Below are positions 40,517 through 49,350 of a stretch of 64,000 nt of DNA, piece after piece. The stretch covers positions 11,239-75,238 of IMG/VR virus record IMGVR_UViG_3300005613_000041, one strand, 5' to 3'. How positions within the stretch are numbered: the stretch's first letter is position 1; every line of letters starts with the position of its first letter. A program made the translations under genes and the position numbers. This stretch comes from a virus. Its lineage: Duplodnaviria > Heunggongvirae > Uroviricota > Caudoviricetes. A model generated the notes under the pieces. It was not told the DNA's origin and did not search any database. It saw only the letters and a list, made by a program, of their open reading frames with translations.

Positions 40517-41633
40517 GAAATATAAAATCTTTCATATTTTTAGTAGAAGATTCAAACCACTCTTCTTCTACTGTGTTTTTAGCTATTAATACATAAATAA
40601 TAGCTTGGTGATCTTCTCGATAACGAATAGATCTACCAATTCTTTGTGTTAAAGTTAATTCACTTCTGCTTGTTTGAAAAATAATTTCAGCATCAACATC
40701 AGGAATATTAACACCTTCATTAAGTCTGTCAACAACAGAAAGTGAATTTATTTCTTTCTCAATAAACATATTAAGAAATTTATCATTAGAACTTTCTGAA
40801 TGATAAGTAAATGGTGAGATTCTGTTAGCAACTTTAATACTTGGTGAGAATATAACTGTTCTTTTTTCTTCAGCTTCTAACTTTTTAAGAATCCGTGAAG
40901 CTTCTGAAACTTTACTATTTAAGGAACCAAGAAATTGATATCTCTTAATTCTCAACATCTTTAGACGAGAATAATCACCTTGAGTTTTAAATGGTGTTGC
41001 TACCAAATTGTTAATTGCACCATTCAGATATTCACTATTAGCATATTCTGTTGTAAGAAATGGTCTATTTTTATTACCAGCTCTAACTTGTTTAACATGT
41101 TGATCAAGTGTTACATATACTGGAATTATTTTAAAATTACTAACTAAATTCTGATCAACACTTTGTTTTAAAGTAATTTCAATTACTTTATTAAAACTAC
41201 TCAAGATCTCCTGTTTTTTTAAATCATGAGGAAAAGTAGCTGTTAAGCTTAATGATTCTTTGATATTATTATTTTGTAAGAAAACTGAATTGTTAACAGT
41301 AAGATTTTGAACCTCATCAAAAATAACAAGATCAAAATTTTCATCTGTAATATTACAGATACTTTTATAACAGATAGTATTAATACTATCATAATTTTCT
41401 ATTTTTCCCCATAGTCCAAATTGCTCTTTCCAAGTTTTATCTCGTAATTCTTCTGTAGGAACAACTATGAGAATATTAGCTTTAGGATTTTTCTCTATTA
41501 CAGACTCTACTCTTAATACTCCGATCCTGCTTTTGCCGACTCCAGTAGCGGCAATAACAAGATTGCGACCCTCACCTAAATCTGCTAATTGTTCAGCAAT
41601 AGATTCTTGTATTTTTGTTTTTGTATTTGACAT
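40506..41633 (-). CDS. SF2 DNA/RNA helicase (DEAD/DEAH-like)
   Basis: Motif I 'ATGVGKS'; motif II 'FDEVQ'; motif III 'LTAT'; motif VI 'QRIGRSIR'. Confidence 0.7.
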   Translation of the reverse strand: MSNTKTKIQESIAEQLADLGEGRNLVIAATGVGKSRIGVLRVESVIEKNPKANILIVVPTEELRDKTWKEQFGLWGKIENYDSINTICYKSICNITDENFDLVIFDEVQNLTVNNSVFLQNNNIKESLSLTATFPHDLKKQEILSSFNKVIEITLKQSVDQNLVSNFKIIPVYVTLDQHVKQVRAGNKNRPFLTTEYANSEYLNGAINNLVATPFKTQGDYSRLKMLRIKRYQFLGSLNSKVSEASRILKKLEAEEKRTVIFSPSIKVANRISPFTYHSESSNDKFLNMFIEKEINSLSVVDRLNEGVNIPDVDAEIIFQTSRSELTLTQRIGRSIRYREDHQAIIYVLIAKNTVEEEWFESSTKNMKDFIFHEN

Positions 41634-41636
41634 TTA

Positions 41637-42398
41637 TTATAAGGTATTTATTATAAGTTTTTTTGCTTCATCTATATAATAATCATAATCAATCATCTGT
41701 TTTAAACTTTCCAGATCTATATCAGTTAAGTTATTACAAACGATACAAGTTTTATCAACTTCGAGATATTCTCTTCTCATCTCATTTTTTCCAGATAGAG
41801 GAGGCATGATTTTAGCTAGATAAATACCATTATTTGAAATACAATATCGAGTAACTTTACCTAATTTTTCTATAACTTTTCCATCTTCATCAAGAATCAC
41901 AAACTCATGACTATTATTTTTCTTGACGGCTGATTTAAAATAATCAAAAATGTCATCATGATTTCTTATAAAACTTTCTATATCAACCCCATCTTTATAA
42001 AAAGCTTCAACAGCTTTTGGAACAATCATCATTGAATGATTTTTATGAGGTTCTCTATCATATTCATAAGCACCCTTTTTCTTCAATGAACCATTATCGA
42101 ATATCCCAATATAATTATTGCAATCACGGATATGTAACTCTTCATATTCTGCATATTCCAGTTCCAGATTAGTAAGCTCTTCCCATTTTTTACACACATC
42201 ATCAAATTCATCTTCTTTATTACGAGGAATTCTTACTTCACCACCATCTGTATTCATCATTAATAATTGACATCCTTCGATTTTCAACAACTGTTCAACC
42301 AACATAGTCAACATAAGTTGACCATTCAATGTTATTTGAATAACTGCTTGAGGATCTCTTAATTCACTAAAATTATCATTCATTTTCAGTTTTATTAC
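41637..42398 (-). CDS. Family B DNA polymerase exon 2 (motif C and KxY region)
   Basis: Frame open upstream to ~42416; '...AVIQITLNGQLML...LLMMNTDGGE' (motif C YxDTDS-like) and 'KKKGAYEY' (KxY); the 5' splice boundary is approximate. Confidence 0.65.
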   Translation of the reverse strand, partial: VIKLKMNDNFSELRDPQAVIQITLNGQLMLTMLVEQLLKIEGCQLLMMNTDGGEVRIPRNKEDEFDDVCKKWEELTNLELEYAEYEELHIRDCNNYIGIFDNGSLKKKGAYEYDREPHKNHSMMIVPKAVEAFYKDGVDIESFIRNHDDIFDYFKSAVKKNNSHEFVILDEDGKVIEKLGKVTRYCISNNGIYLAKIMPPLSGKNEMRREYLEVDKTCIVCNNLTDIDLESLKQMIDYDYYIDEAKKLIINTL

Positions 42399-43439
42399 CG
42401 TAATATCATTTAAATATTACTTCTATATGTTTCCATGTAGCTTAGACTATATCATTATCCTATATATTTATATAGGATAGTAGGCGCTCGTGTCTTTATT
42501 ATATTCTACAATTGTAGTTTCAAAAGTTAGTCGTTGCTCTTTCTATAACCATTTAAATTATAGCTTAGATCAGTATTATCATATCAATTGACTTAGACTT
42601 CTACTGAATTCACCTACTTCCTTTATTGTGTTACCACAATAAGGGGCTGTGTATTATATTTAAACTTTCTTAAAAAATAAACCTTTATATGGCTTATTAA
42701 AATTTGAAGACTTATTAATATTTACAGATTGTAACAAATAAGGAGAATAACTTTGTCTTCCATTTGGATTTCTTAAAATCATATGTTGTTTTAAGATAAA
42801 TTCGTCTTGTAAAGATAATTCTTCGATATCTTTAGCACTTCTCCATTCTCCTAAATAATTCATGTTTATATCGAAAACTTGAATATTAGGATTATTATTT
42901 CTCTGAGCATTTATTTGATTTGTTCTATCAGGTTTTTTTCTTTTAGGAACTTTTAAGTGATCTGTAGAAAAATACTTTATACCTTTATTCCAAGGAGTTC
43001 TATTTCTCAAAGTTTCTTTTACATGATCTAATTCACCATTGTCGTATTTTCTCTTCATTGTTAAACGTCTTTTGTTAATAGCTTCTTGAGAAAACTGACA
43101 ACCACCTGTAGCTAACAAATTTATATTATATAAGTTTTCAAAATCTTCTTTGTCAATATATGTTTGTTCAAGTTCTAGAATATTATCATTACAATGTTCT
43201 AATACATTAAACTCAAAATTTTCTTCTCCATATTTATTCCAAGCATATTGAAGATGAGAATTCTTATGTTTATTATTTTTTAATACATTTTTATGATGAT
43301 AAATTCTTTTTTCTAAATCAATACTAGAACCAATATATTTTTTACCATTTATTTTATTTTTTATTTCATAAACACCTTTCATAGTATACCTCCTTTTAAG
43401 AGAATATACTATAAATTAAGTTTAAATACAATTTAAACA
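42399..43439 (-). other. Group I intron in the DNA polymerase gene (~1.04 kb) carrying a GIY-YIG homing endonuclease gene
   Basis: Exon 1 stops 5 codons after motif B 'KLSGNGSYG'; motif C resumes ~1 kb downstream; the proposed junction YG|V follows a U and the intron ends in G; a strong SD (AAAAGGAGG) precedes the embedded HEG. Confidence 0.6.
42660..43382 (-). CDS. GIY-YIG homing endonuclease (I-TevI-like), intron-encoded
   Basis: 'GVYEIKNKINGKKYIGSSIDLEKRIYHH' canonical GIY-YIG motif; free-standing, with its own SD. Confidence 0.85.
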   Translation of the reverse strand: MKGVYEIKNKINGKKYIGSSIDLEKRIYHHKNVLKNNKHKNSHLQYAWNKYGEENFEFNVLEHCNDNILELEQTYIDKEDFENLYNINLLATGGCQFSQEAINKRRLTMKRKYDNGELDHVKETLRNRTPWNKGIKYFSTDHLKVPKRKKPDRTNQINAQRNNNPNIQVFDINMNYLGEWRSAKDIEELSLQDEFILKQHMILRNPNGRQSYSPYLLQSVNINKSSNFNKPYKGLFFKKV

Positions 43440-44648
43440 ACCATAACTACCATTGCCAGATAGTTTTAGAGCTTTATTAAGAACACTACCTTTTGGATAT
43501 TTCGATCTTTCAATTTTAATATCATTCATCGTGGTACAAAATGTAGGTCCAAGATGAAGAGGATAAATATTATTTGTAATCATCATCGACGGATAGTAAC
43601 TTTTAACATCAAAACTTTTAACAATATAATTTTCATTTGTAAAAAAGTTACCGTAAGTAGCTTGGTGAACACCACCAGTACCGTAAGTAATTTGATTACC
43701 TTTAAAATTAATTGTTAATGATTTAATTTCGATTTCAGGATATTCTAGTAAATCTTGATATTTCTCAATTGTTACTTTACGAGGTTTTCGTTTTAGATTT
43801 GATTTTGAAATATCAATAATCGGTAATATTTCTGTTAAGTTTTTATTTGGAATATCAGTAAAAGCACCTTTAGTCTCTTTTATTTCTCTTGTTTTTAACC
43901 AATTTAAAAACTGATTAAGATCAGATGACTCAAAACTGACATATGGAAATATTACATCTTTAAACTTAATGATTTCTCTATTAGTTTGACCAAGCTCATC
44001 CTTCTCTAAAGCAGATTTAAGCTTAGATACCAAAATAGATTCTCCAATTTTAACATCATTGAAATTAGTCATATCTATATTAAATCTTTCACTTAATTCT
44101 TCTCTTAGAGAAATATGTCCTAAACTGTGTTTTCTATAAAATTCATAAGTAGCGAACAAGTCATTCTGATTATAGAAAATGACTTCATCCATCTTATCTA
44201 ACGGTACTATTTCATCATGTTCTATAGGCAAATCTTGGACATTCTTCATTCTCATAAAAAACTCAAGTTGTTTAAGACTTGTCATTTTTGCTTTATTATT
44301 ATAATGATGAATTAGTCTAAGATCTATTTGGGGAATAAGTTGAGGAATACGAGAAGGATATTTACTTCTAACCAAAATGTCACTGTAAGTTTTACATAAA
44401 CCTACAATAGTAGACATTTTGTATTTTTTTGATTGAACTAATGATAAGAAATGATATAATAGAGGATAATCAAACGATATGTTATTAAACCCTATCATTT
44501 GTTTAACATGACGAAGATATTCTACTAACTCATCATATTCAAGCTTTCTTTCTGAAAATTCAAAGTATTTTTCTTCTTGAGATTCTGTTTCAAGAAACCC
44601 AAATAATAAATAGTTTTTAAAAATCTCAATATCATATATTACTTTCAT
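43440..44648 (-). CDS. Family B DNA polymerase exon 1 (3'-5' exonuclease domain, motifs A and B)
   Basis: Exo I 'IYDIEIF'; Exo II '[11 protein letters not shown]'; Exo III '[13 protein letters not shown]'; pol motif A '[11 protein letters not shown]' (DxxSLYPS); motif B 'KLSGNGSYG'. Confidence 0.75.
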
Positions 44649-44982
44649 TGATTTTTTGTATTGTAACGTTTACAACACCTTTCTGTATCATACCTAATTT
44701 TTCGGCAGCTGCAAACGATAAATCAATTGTTCTTCCTTTTATATAAGGACCTCTGTCATTAATTCGTACTACAACTTTCCTTCCATTTTCTAGGTTAGTG
44801 ACTCTGACACATGTTCCGAAAGGTAAAGTTTTATGTGCAGCGGTCATATCATACATATTAAATTTCTCACCATTAGCAGTTGTTCTACCATGAAATCTAT
44901 CAGCATAATATGATGCTACATCTTCAGCTATTAATATATTGCTATTAAATATTAGCAATAATACTAAAATTATTTTTTTCAT
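44632..44982 (-). CDS. Secreted RlpA-like double-psi beta-barrel (DPBB) protein, lytic-transglycosylase/expansin-like
   Basis: Signal peptide '[20 protein letters not shown]'; then '[19 protein letters not shown]...[32 protein letters not shown]', the RlpA consensus. Confidence 0.6.
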   Translation of the reverse strand: MKKIILVLLLIFNSNILIAEDVASYYADRFHGRTTANGEKFNMYDMTAAHKTLPFGTCVRVTNLENGRKVVVRINDRGPYIKGRTIDLSFAAAEKLGMIQKGVVNVTIQKINESNI

Positions 44983-44992
44983 TTACATTTAT

Positions 44993-45313
44993 TTAAATTT
45001 TGTGAAGAAGTTTAAATTCTTTTCCAAGTTCTTGTCTTAGATCATTTACATGATCAGTTAAAAGATAACGAAATTTTCTAACTCCTTTAATTTTCTCTTT
45101 TGTTGAAACAAGTTTGATATTGTCACTGAATGGATCTTTAATATCAATCTCTACTTCAGATAAATTCGCAATCGAAGAAATTACGTGATGTTCTTTTTTA
45201 ACTTCATTCATAACTAAGTCATAAATAGAATCAAAATATCTCACAACGACATAAAAAATTTTTATATTATTTGTTATTATGTTACGTAGTACTACAACAT
45301 ATAAATATGACAT
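44993..45313 (-). CDS. Hypothetical protein (106 aa)
   Basis: ORF only. Confidence 0.3.
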   Translation of the reverse strand: MSYLYVVVLRNIITNNIKIFYVVVRYFDSIYDLVMNEVKKEHHVISSIANLSEVEIDIKDPFSDNIKLVSTKEKIKGVRKFRYLLTDHVNDLRQELGKEFKLLHKI

Positions 45314-45389
45314 GTTAATTTATTTTAAGGTTTGTAAAAAATGTATAGCTAAAATATTATCTACTGTTTACAATCATCCGCTTTATTCT

Positions 45390-45593
45390 TTATTTCTGTA
45401 TTTTAAGTTCTTCATAAGTGTAAATATAGACACTTTCACCTGTCATTTCTCCACACTTAGAACACTCTAGTCGATTAGTACGATCTTGATGTAGTACACC
45501 AACCCACGTATAGTAGCAATTTTTACACTCACAATCCGCGACAACCCATACAGGAGATGCTTCTTCGATCAAATCTAGTACAAATTCAATCAT
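45390..45593 (-). CDS. Small zinc-ribbon-like protein (67 aa)
   Basis: Cys cluster CxCxxC...CxxC. Confidence 0.3.
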   Translation of the reverse strand: MIEFVLDLIEEASPVWVVADCECKNCYYTWVGVLHQDRTNRLECSKCGEMTGESVYIYTYEELKIQK

Positions 45594-45904
45594 GCCGCAC
45601 CTCCATACTTGGCTATGGCTGCCTTTGCTTTATCAAGCTGCACAAATAACTTTTTTGACGGTTGTCTCCCCACTCTGTAGCATACCAGTAGTGCATCTTT
45701 GGCTTTGACCGCATCTACCAGGTCGGCTATTGCTTTGTCAGTATCGGCAAGACACTCCTCAAGTTCACCAATACGATGTGATACTTTTTCTTCGGCTTCT
45801 TGAATTAAGTCCTTGTAGGCTTTTATGCCTGCAACTGTTTTCATCATTTGGCGTAAAAATGGTTGGCATGTATAAAGCGGCTCAAATATCTCCTTGACGT
45901 TCAT
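45590..45904 (-). CDS. Hypothetical protein, paralog A (higher-GC island, SD-preceded)
   Basis: GGAGGUG SD; paralogous to the next gene ('M.VKEI...HRIGELEE...AKYGGAA' vs 'M.IKEI...KRIGDLEKK...AKHGGEK'). Confidence 0.5.
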   Translation of the reverse strand: MNVKEIFEPLYTCQPFLRQMMKTVAGIKAYKDLIQEAEEKVSHRIGELEECLADTDKAIADLVDAVKAKDALLVCYRVGRQPSKKLFVQLDKAKAAIAKYGGAA

Positions 45905-46182
45905 TTTTCACCTCCATGCTTGGCTCTAGCTACCTTTGCCTCAAGCTCGGCAATGCACAGTGTCTTGTTTTTCTTTATTTCTAGCTCAGCAATGCCGATT
46001 GCCTCTCTTTTCAATTCTTCAGCATTCTTTAATTTTTTCTCAAGATCGCCAATACGTTTATACACTGCATGTTCGATACGGTCAAGGCTGGCATTGTGGT
46101 ATGGCGCAAGATTGTGTTTTCCGACAGGATCAAAAACCTTCGCGTCCCACTTCTCGTTGTTAATGATTTCCTTGATGCTCAT
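45901..46182 (-). CDS. Hypothetical protein, paralog B (higher-GC island)
   Basis: GGAGGA SD; tandem paralog of 45590..45904. Confidence 0.5.
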   Translation of the reverse strand: MSIKEIINNEKWDAKVFDPVGKHNLAPYHNASLDRIEHAVYKRIGDLEKKLKNAEELKREAIGIAELEIKKNKTLCIAELEAKVARAKHGGEK

Positions 46183-46550
46183 TCTGCGTCCTCCACTGGT
46201 TCGTAGGTTGCTTCAAAGATGTCTGGCTTGCACGGGTAAAACTCTCCCTGCACGCCCGTTATAATCCAGTCACCCGGACATACGATATGACCACCCTCAA
46301 GCGTATCAACCCACCCATGCTCACTCATACGATGACCACACTGACGGCACTTATTCTGCAAGCCGTGCACGCTTAATGGTAATCCGTCGTGGCTTTTAAA
46401 CCTCCGCACAACATCTCCATCCCAGTTTTCCATACGTCGATACTGCGGAGACTGCCTCCCGTCATTTTTTTCTGTGTAGTCAAGCGGATGGTCTCCATTC
46501 TTAAACCACTGCGTAGCTTCAACGATAACTGGCTTTTTTCTGAATTTCAT
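46179..46550 (-). CDS. Hypothetical Cys/His-containing protein (higher-GC island)
   Basis: Start trimmed to 'MKFRKKPVIV', which is preceded by AAGGAGG; CxxC...H..C pattern. Confidence 0.4.
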   Translation of the reverse strand: MKFRKKPVIVEATQWFKNGDHPLDYTEKNDGRQSPQYRRMENWDGDVVRRFKSHDGLPLSVHGLQNKCRQCGHRMSEHGWVDTLEGGHIVCPGDWIITGVQGEFYPCKPDIFEATYEPVEDAE

Positions 46551-47203
46551 TTTTCCTCCTTGTTTATCATCCATATGTGATCTGGGTCTGGCACAAACAC
46601 CATTGATTCACTGCTTTCAAAATGATGAACAACTATCCAGCCTCCTGGAACTTTTGCCCTTGATGTTCCTTCATCTGGGTAGTTATCTACCAACTCCCAT
46701 TCAAACAGTTTGTCACTACTACAATCTGGTGTTCGTGCGCCATTCCCTCCCTTCAGCGCCTGAATCTCCAGGTCTTGCGCCGCGATCCGTTCCAGCAGGT
46801 TATCGATGTCGCGGCCCCTGTCACTTACCTCAGCACGCAAGCGATTGATACGGTCTTCTTGTGTCATCATTTTATTTTGCCTCCCTTGTTTGGTTTTGAA
46901 ATCCCGCACAGGACGAACCCTAAAGAGGAGGTACTTGCCTCTGCAGTTCTGGGTGCCACTGTAGAAGTTCTGGTACCACGCGTTGGGAGCGTTGAACTCC
47001 GACGAACTCCAGTAGTAGTTGGCTCCTAAACCGCCGATATCTTCTTGCTTGAGGCACATCAAGTCCAATTCATCCTTCGTTGGTAACCTCCAACCATCGC
47101 CAAGTGCTTCAGACACCTTAACTGCTTCGTCCCATGTGTAAAATCCTTCGAGGTCTTGTGGGTAAACCTCAAACCCAAGTTCTTGATACAGTGTTGTTGT
47201 CAT
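46547..47203 (-). CDS. DUF1566 (Lcl C-terminal-like) domain protein with coiled-coil C-terminus
   Basis: 'DGWRLPTKDELDLMC...YYWSSSEFNAPNAWYQNFYSGTQNC...YLLFRVRPVRDF' matches the DUF1566 pattern; start set at 'MTTTLYQ' after GGAGGAG. Confidence 0.5.
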   Translation of the reverse strand: MTTTLYQELGFEVYPQDLEGFYTWDEAVKVSEALGDGWRLPTKDELDLMCLKQEDIGGLGANYYWSSSEFNAPNAWYQNFYSGTQNCRGKYLLFRVRPVRDFKTKQGRQNKMMTQEDRINRLRAEVSDRGRDIDNLLERIAAQDLEIQALKGGNGARTPDCSSDKLFEWELVDNYPDEGTSRAKVPGGWIVVHHFESSESMVFVPDPDHIWMINKEEK

Positions 47204-47253
47204 TTCTCCTCCGTTGTTTGTTGTTGTGTTGTTATTTTTCCGCTTAGTAAGGG

Positions 47254-47460
47254 TTAACTTTTGTATTTGTAATCTAAATCCTTCAACAAAAACTTCAATT
47301 CTTCTATACGACATTGTGCTTTTTCCATAAGGTTTATGTAACAAGCTTCAGCGTCAGGCGTCTTAGCATGTAGGGCTGATTTGTTTAAAAAATTGTAACG
47401 GCCTCCCAAAAACGCAATTCGGCTTTCAATATCCTGTTTAATTGATTCTGTGATGTTCAT
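47254..47460 (-). CDS. Hypothetical protein (68 aa)
   Basis: ORF preceded by a conserved 27-nt upstream repeat. Confidence 0.35.
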   Translation of the reverse strand: MNITESIKQDIESRIAFLGGRYNFLNKSALHAKTPDAEACYINLMEKAQCRIEELKFLLKDLDYKYKS

Positions 47461-47496
47461 AGTAGTTGATGTTTAATAGTTGTTTGTATCTGAAAT

Positions 47497-47775
47497 TTAA
47501 ATCTTACACAACGTGTCAATGTAACGCCAACAACCGCCAACTGAAGCCCTTTGGTTTGGTATATCAATATGTTTTATTACACCCACCCAAGGTTCATTTT
47601 TCCATGCGTGTTTAACATAACCGTCAATAAGCTGATCAGCAGTGTACGCACATTGCCCATTACGATTTAGTATTCTTGCTCCGTGGATTTTAACCATGTC
47701 ACCTATTTGCAAGGTTTCTGTTTGCGGTGTATCTGTAGTTTCGGGTTTCACACGAAGAAGTTCGTATAAATTCAT
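47497..47775 (-). CDS. Hypothetical protein (92 aa)
   Basis: ORF preceded by the same conserved upstream repeat. Confidence 0.35.
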   Translation of the reverse strand: MNLYELLRVKPETTDTPQTETLQIGDMVKIHGARILNRNGQCAYTADQLIDGYVKHAWKNEPWVGVIKHIDIPNQRASVGGCWRYIDTLCKI

Positions 47776-47876
47776 AGTAGTTAATGTTTAATAGTTGTTG
47801 ATAAGTATACCCACAAATTAGGCCGCCTCTGAATAATGAGTTCAATAAAGCCTATGCTTTAAGGCGGCTTTAAAAG

Positions 47877-48242
47877 TTACTGATAAATTTCACATAAGAC
47901 GATATCACCGGATTCAATTCCCTTTGCTATTTCTTTACTATCCATGCCAAAAAACATACTAAGATATTTATTTGTAGTTTTAGAATCTTTGTAAAAACGA
48001 TTATCTATAAACTTTCTACCAGCATAATCAATAACAGCTACTAAAGACGCATAAGACTGAAAAACAGTACCGGATGAAATTGTGTATTGATATTTGCCGT
48101 TATCGCATTTATATTCCGTATCAGAATAAAACGTCTGTTTATTATCGAAGATTACATCAATATGGTTGCTTTCAATCTTAAATTGGTTAGCTATAGGATT
48201 ACCCTTATCTGATACAAAATTTTTAACTTTGTTCATGATCAT
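47877..48242 (-). CDS. Hypothetical protein (121 aa, low GC)
   Basis: ORF; a putative hairpin terminator follows at 47803-47850. Confidence 0.4.
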   Translation of the reverse strand: MIMNKVKNFVSDKGNPIANQFKIESNHIDVIFDNKQTFYSDTEYKCDNGKYQYTISSGTVFQSYASLVAVIDYAGRKFIDNRFYKDSKTTNKYLSMFFGMDSKEIAKGIESGDIVLCEIYQ

Positions 48243-48261
48243 ATTATTTTAATTGTTCGAG

Positions 48262-48335
48262 TGTTACTACATTTCGAGCCTGCCGGGGAGTTGAACCCCG
48301 GCTTGGTCATCCTGTCAGGCTGTTACCAAGGCAAA
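48262..48335 (-). other. tRNA-like mini-element (6-bp acceptor-like stem plus canonical T-arm; no D or anticodon arm)
   Basis: Minus strand AGCCUG-N14-CCGGGGUUCAACUCCCCGG-CAGGCU; too short for a tRNA; sits at the edge of the higher-GC island. Confidence 0.3.
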
Positions 48336-48340
48336 CACTA

Positions 48341-48625
48341 TTAATCGATGTTGTGACCCATATTTGTAAGAGATAACCACCGTTCGGAACCTTTGCAAGT
48401 TTTGCCGTTTTTCACAAAGCGATATGGTTTTGTAGTTTCTGTAAATAGTTCACCTTTTGTTTTTTCTGCAAAACTTTTAGCCTTTTCAAAGGTTGTACCG
48501 ACACAGGTATTTGTTTCATTAAAAAAAGTTCTCTTTTTGTCCAGCGTTACTACCATGTAACTTTCCATCATAACTTTCTTGTTTGGTTCTTTTGTTGGTA
48601 TCGTTACTCTGGCCAGAGACCCCAT
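48341..48625 (-). CDS. Hypothetical protein (94 aa)
   Basis: ORF only. Confidence 0.35.
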   Translation of the reverse strand: MGSLARVTIPTKEPNKKVMMESYMVVTLDKKRTFFNETNTCVGTTFEKAKSFAEKTKGELFTETTKPYRFVKNGKTCKGSERWLSLTNMGHNID

Positions 48626-48789
48626 GTCCCGTCGCCTATCGCATCGGGGTCCATCTGCTTGATGTCCTTGATAGCCTCATCGATATCGATGGGCTTAGCC
48701 TGTTCAATGTGACCATACCAGACGGTGGTCTCCCCTTGCCTTTTAACGTACTCAAGCTGAGCTATCAAGATCTCTTTTGCACTTTTCAT
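48604..48789 (-). CDS. Hypothetical protein (61 aa, higher GC)
   Basis: ORF only. Confidence 0.3.
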   Translation of the reverse strand: MKSAKEILIAQLEYVKRQGETTVWYGHIEQAKPIDIDEAIKDIKQMDPDAIGDGTWGLWPE

Positions 48790-48825
48790 GACGTTTTCTT
48801 TTGTTTAAACTATTTGAATATCTTG

Positions 48826-48877
48826 TAGGGTCAGCGGGATTCGAACCCGCACGTCCATTACTGAACACAGGATTTTA
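48826..48877 (-). tRNA. tRNA-Leu(UAA): tRNA-Leu(UAA) 3' exon (anticodon nt 34 onward, long variable arm, T-arm, acceptor)
   Basis: UAAAAUCCUG...GCGGGUUCGAAUCCCGC-UGACCCU-A pairs with the 5' exon acceptor GGGGUCA; reconstituted anticodon loop is CUUAAAA. Confidence 0.75.
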
Positions 48878-49257
48878 CTTACCACTATAGCTTTCGCTAC
48901 CAATAATCAAGCTTACACGCTCTCCTCACCTCAATGGATCGTCTATCCATTTGGCAACCTGTGCCGTCTTGCGCGACAATTATTGTTTGTAGTCTGGACT
49001 ATGCCTTCACCATATTTAATTAGAACTTAGGTGGGGTGATTATAGTCTCTGCACGTTCTTAATCTATGACATTAGCCAACTACTTCATACACACCTGTAT
49101 GTTTCGAGCCTGTTAATTCAGGCTTTCAATTAAGCTTCGCTCAAGGTTAGGGGCATATATTTACAGATTGCTACAACTTTTGATTGTAGTCATTGCTACC
49201 CGTTCCTTGAATTTACACCCTGCTAATACATTGTTTCCAATGTAAAGACCCATTAAA
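48878..49257 (-). other. Group I intron (380 nt) in the anticodon loop of tRNA-Leu(UAA), at the canonical position between nt 33/34 and 35
   Basis: 5' exon ends ...AGGACU(U); intron ends in G before UAAAAUCC; interior has GACUA/UAGUC P7-like motifs; 380 nt with no ORF. Confidence 0.7.
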
Positions 49258-49291
49258 AAGTCCTAGGCGTCTACCAGTTCCGCCATGACCC
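49258..49291 (-). tRNA. tRNA-Leu(UAA): tRNA-Leu(UAA) 5' exon (acceptor, Leu-type D-arm, anticodon-stem 5' half)
   Basis: GGGGUCA-UG-GCGGAACUGGUAGACGC-C-UAGGA-CU(U); D-arm GCGGAAYUGGUAGACGC is diagnostic of tRNA-Leu. Confidence 0.75.
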
Positions 49292-49350
49292 CATAAAATA
49301 GAACAAGTAATATAATTACTTGTTCTAAATAAATCAAAGCTTTTTTAAAG

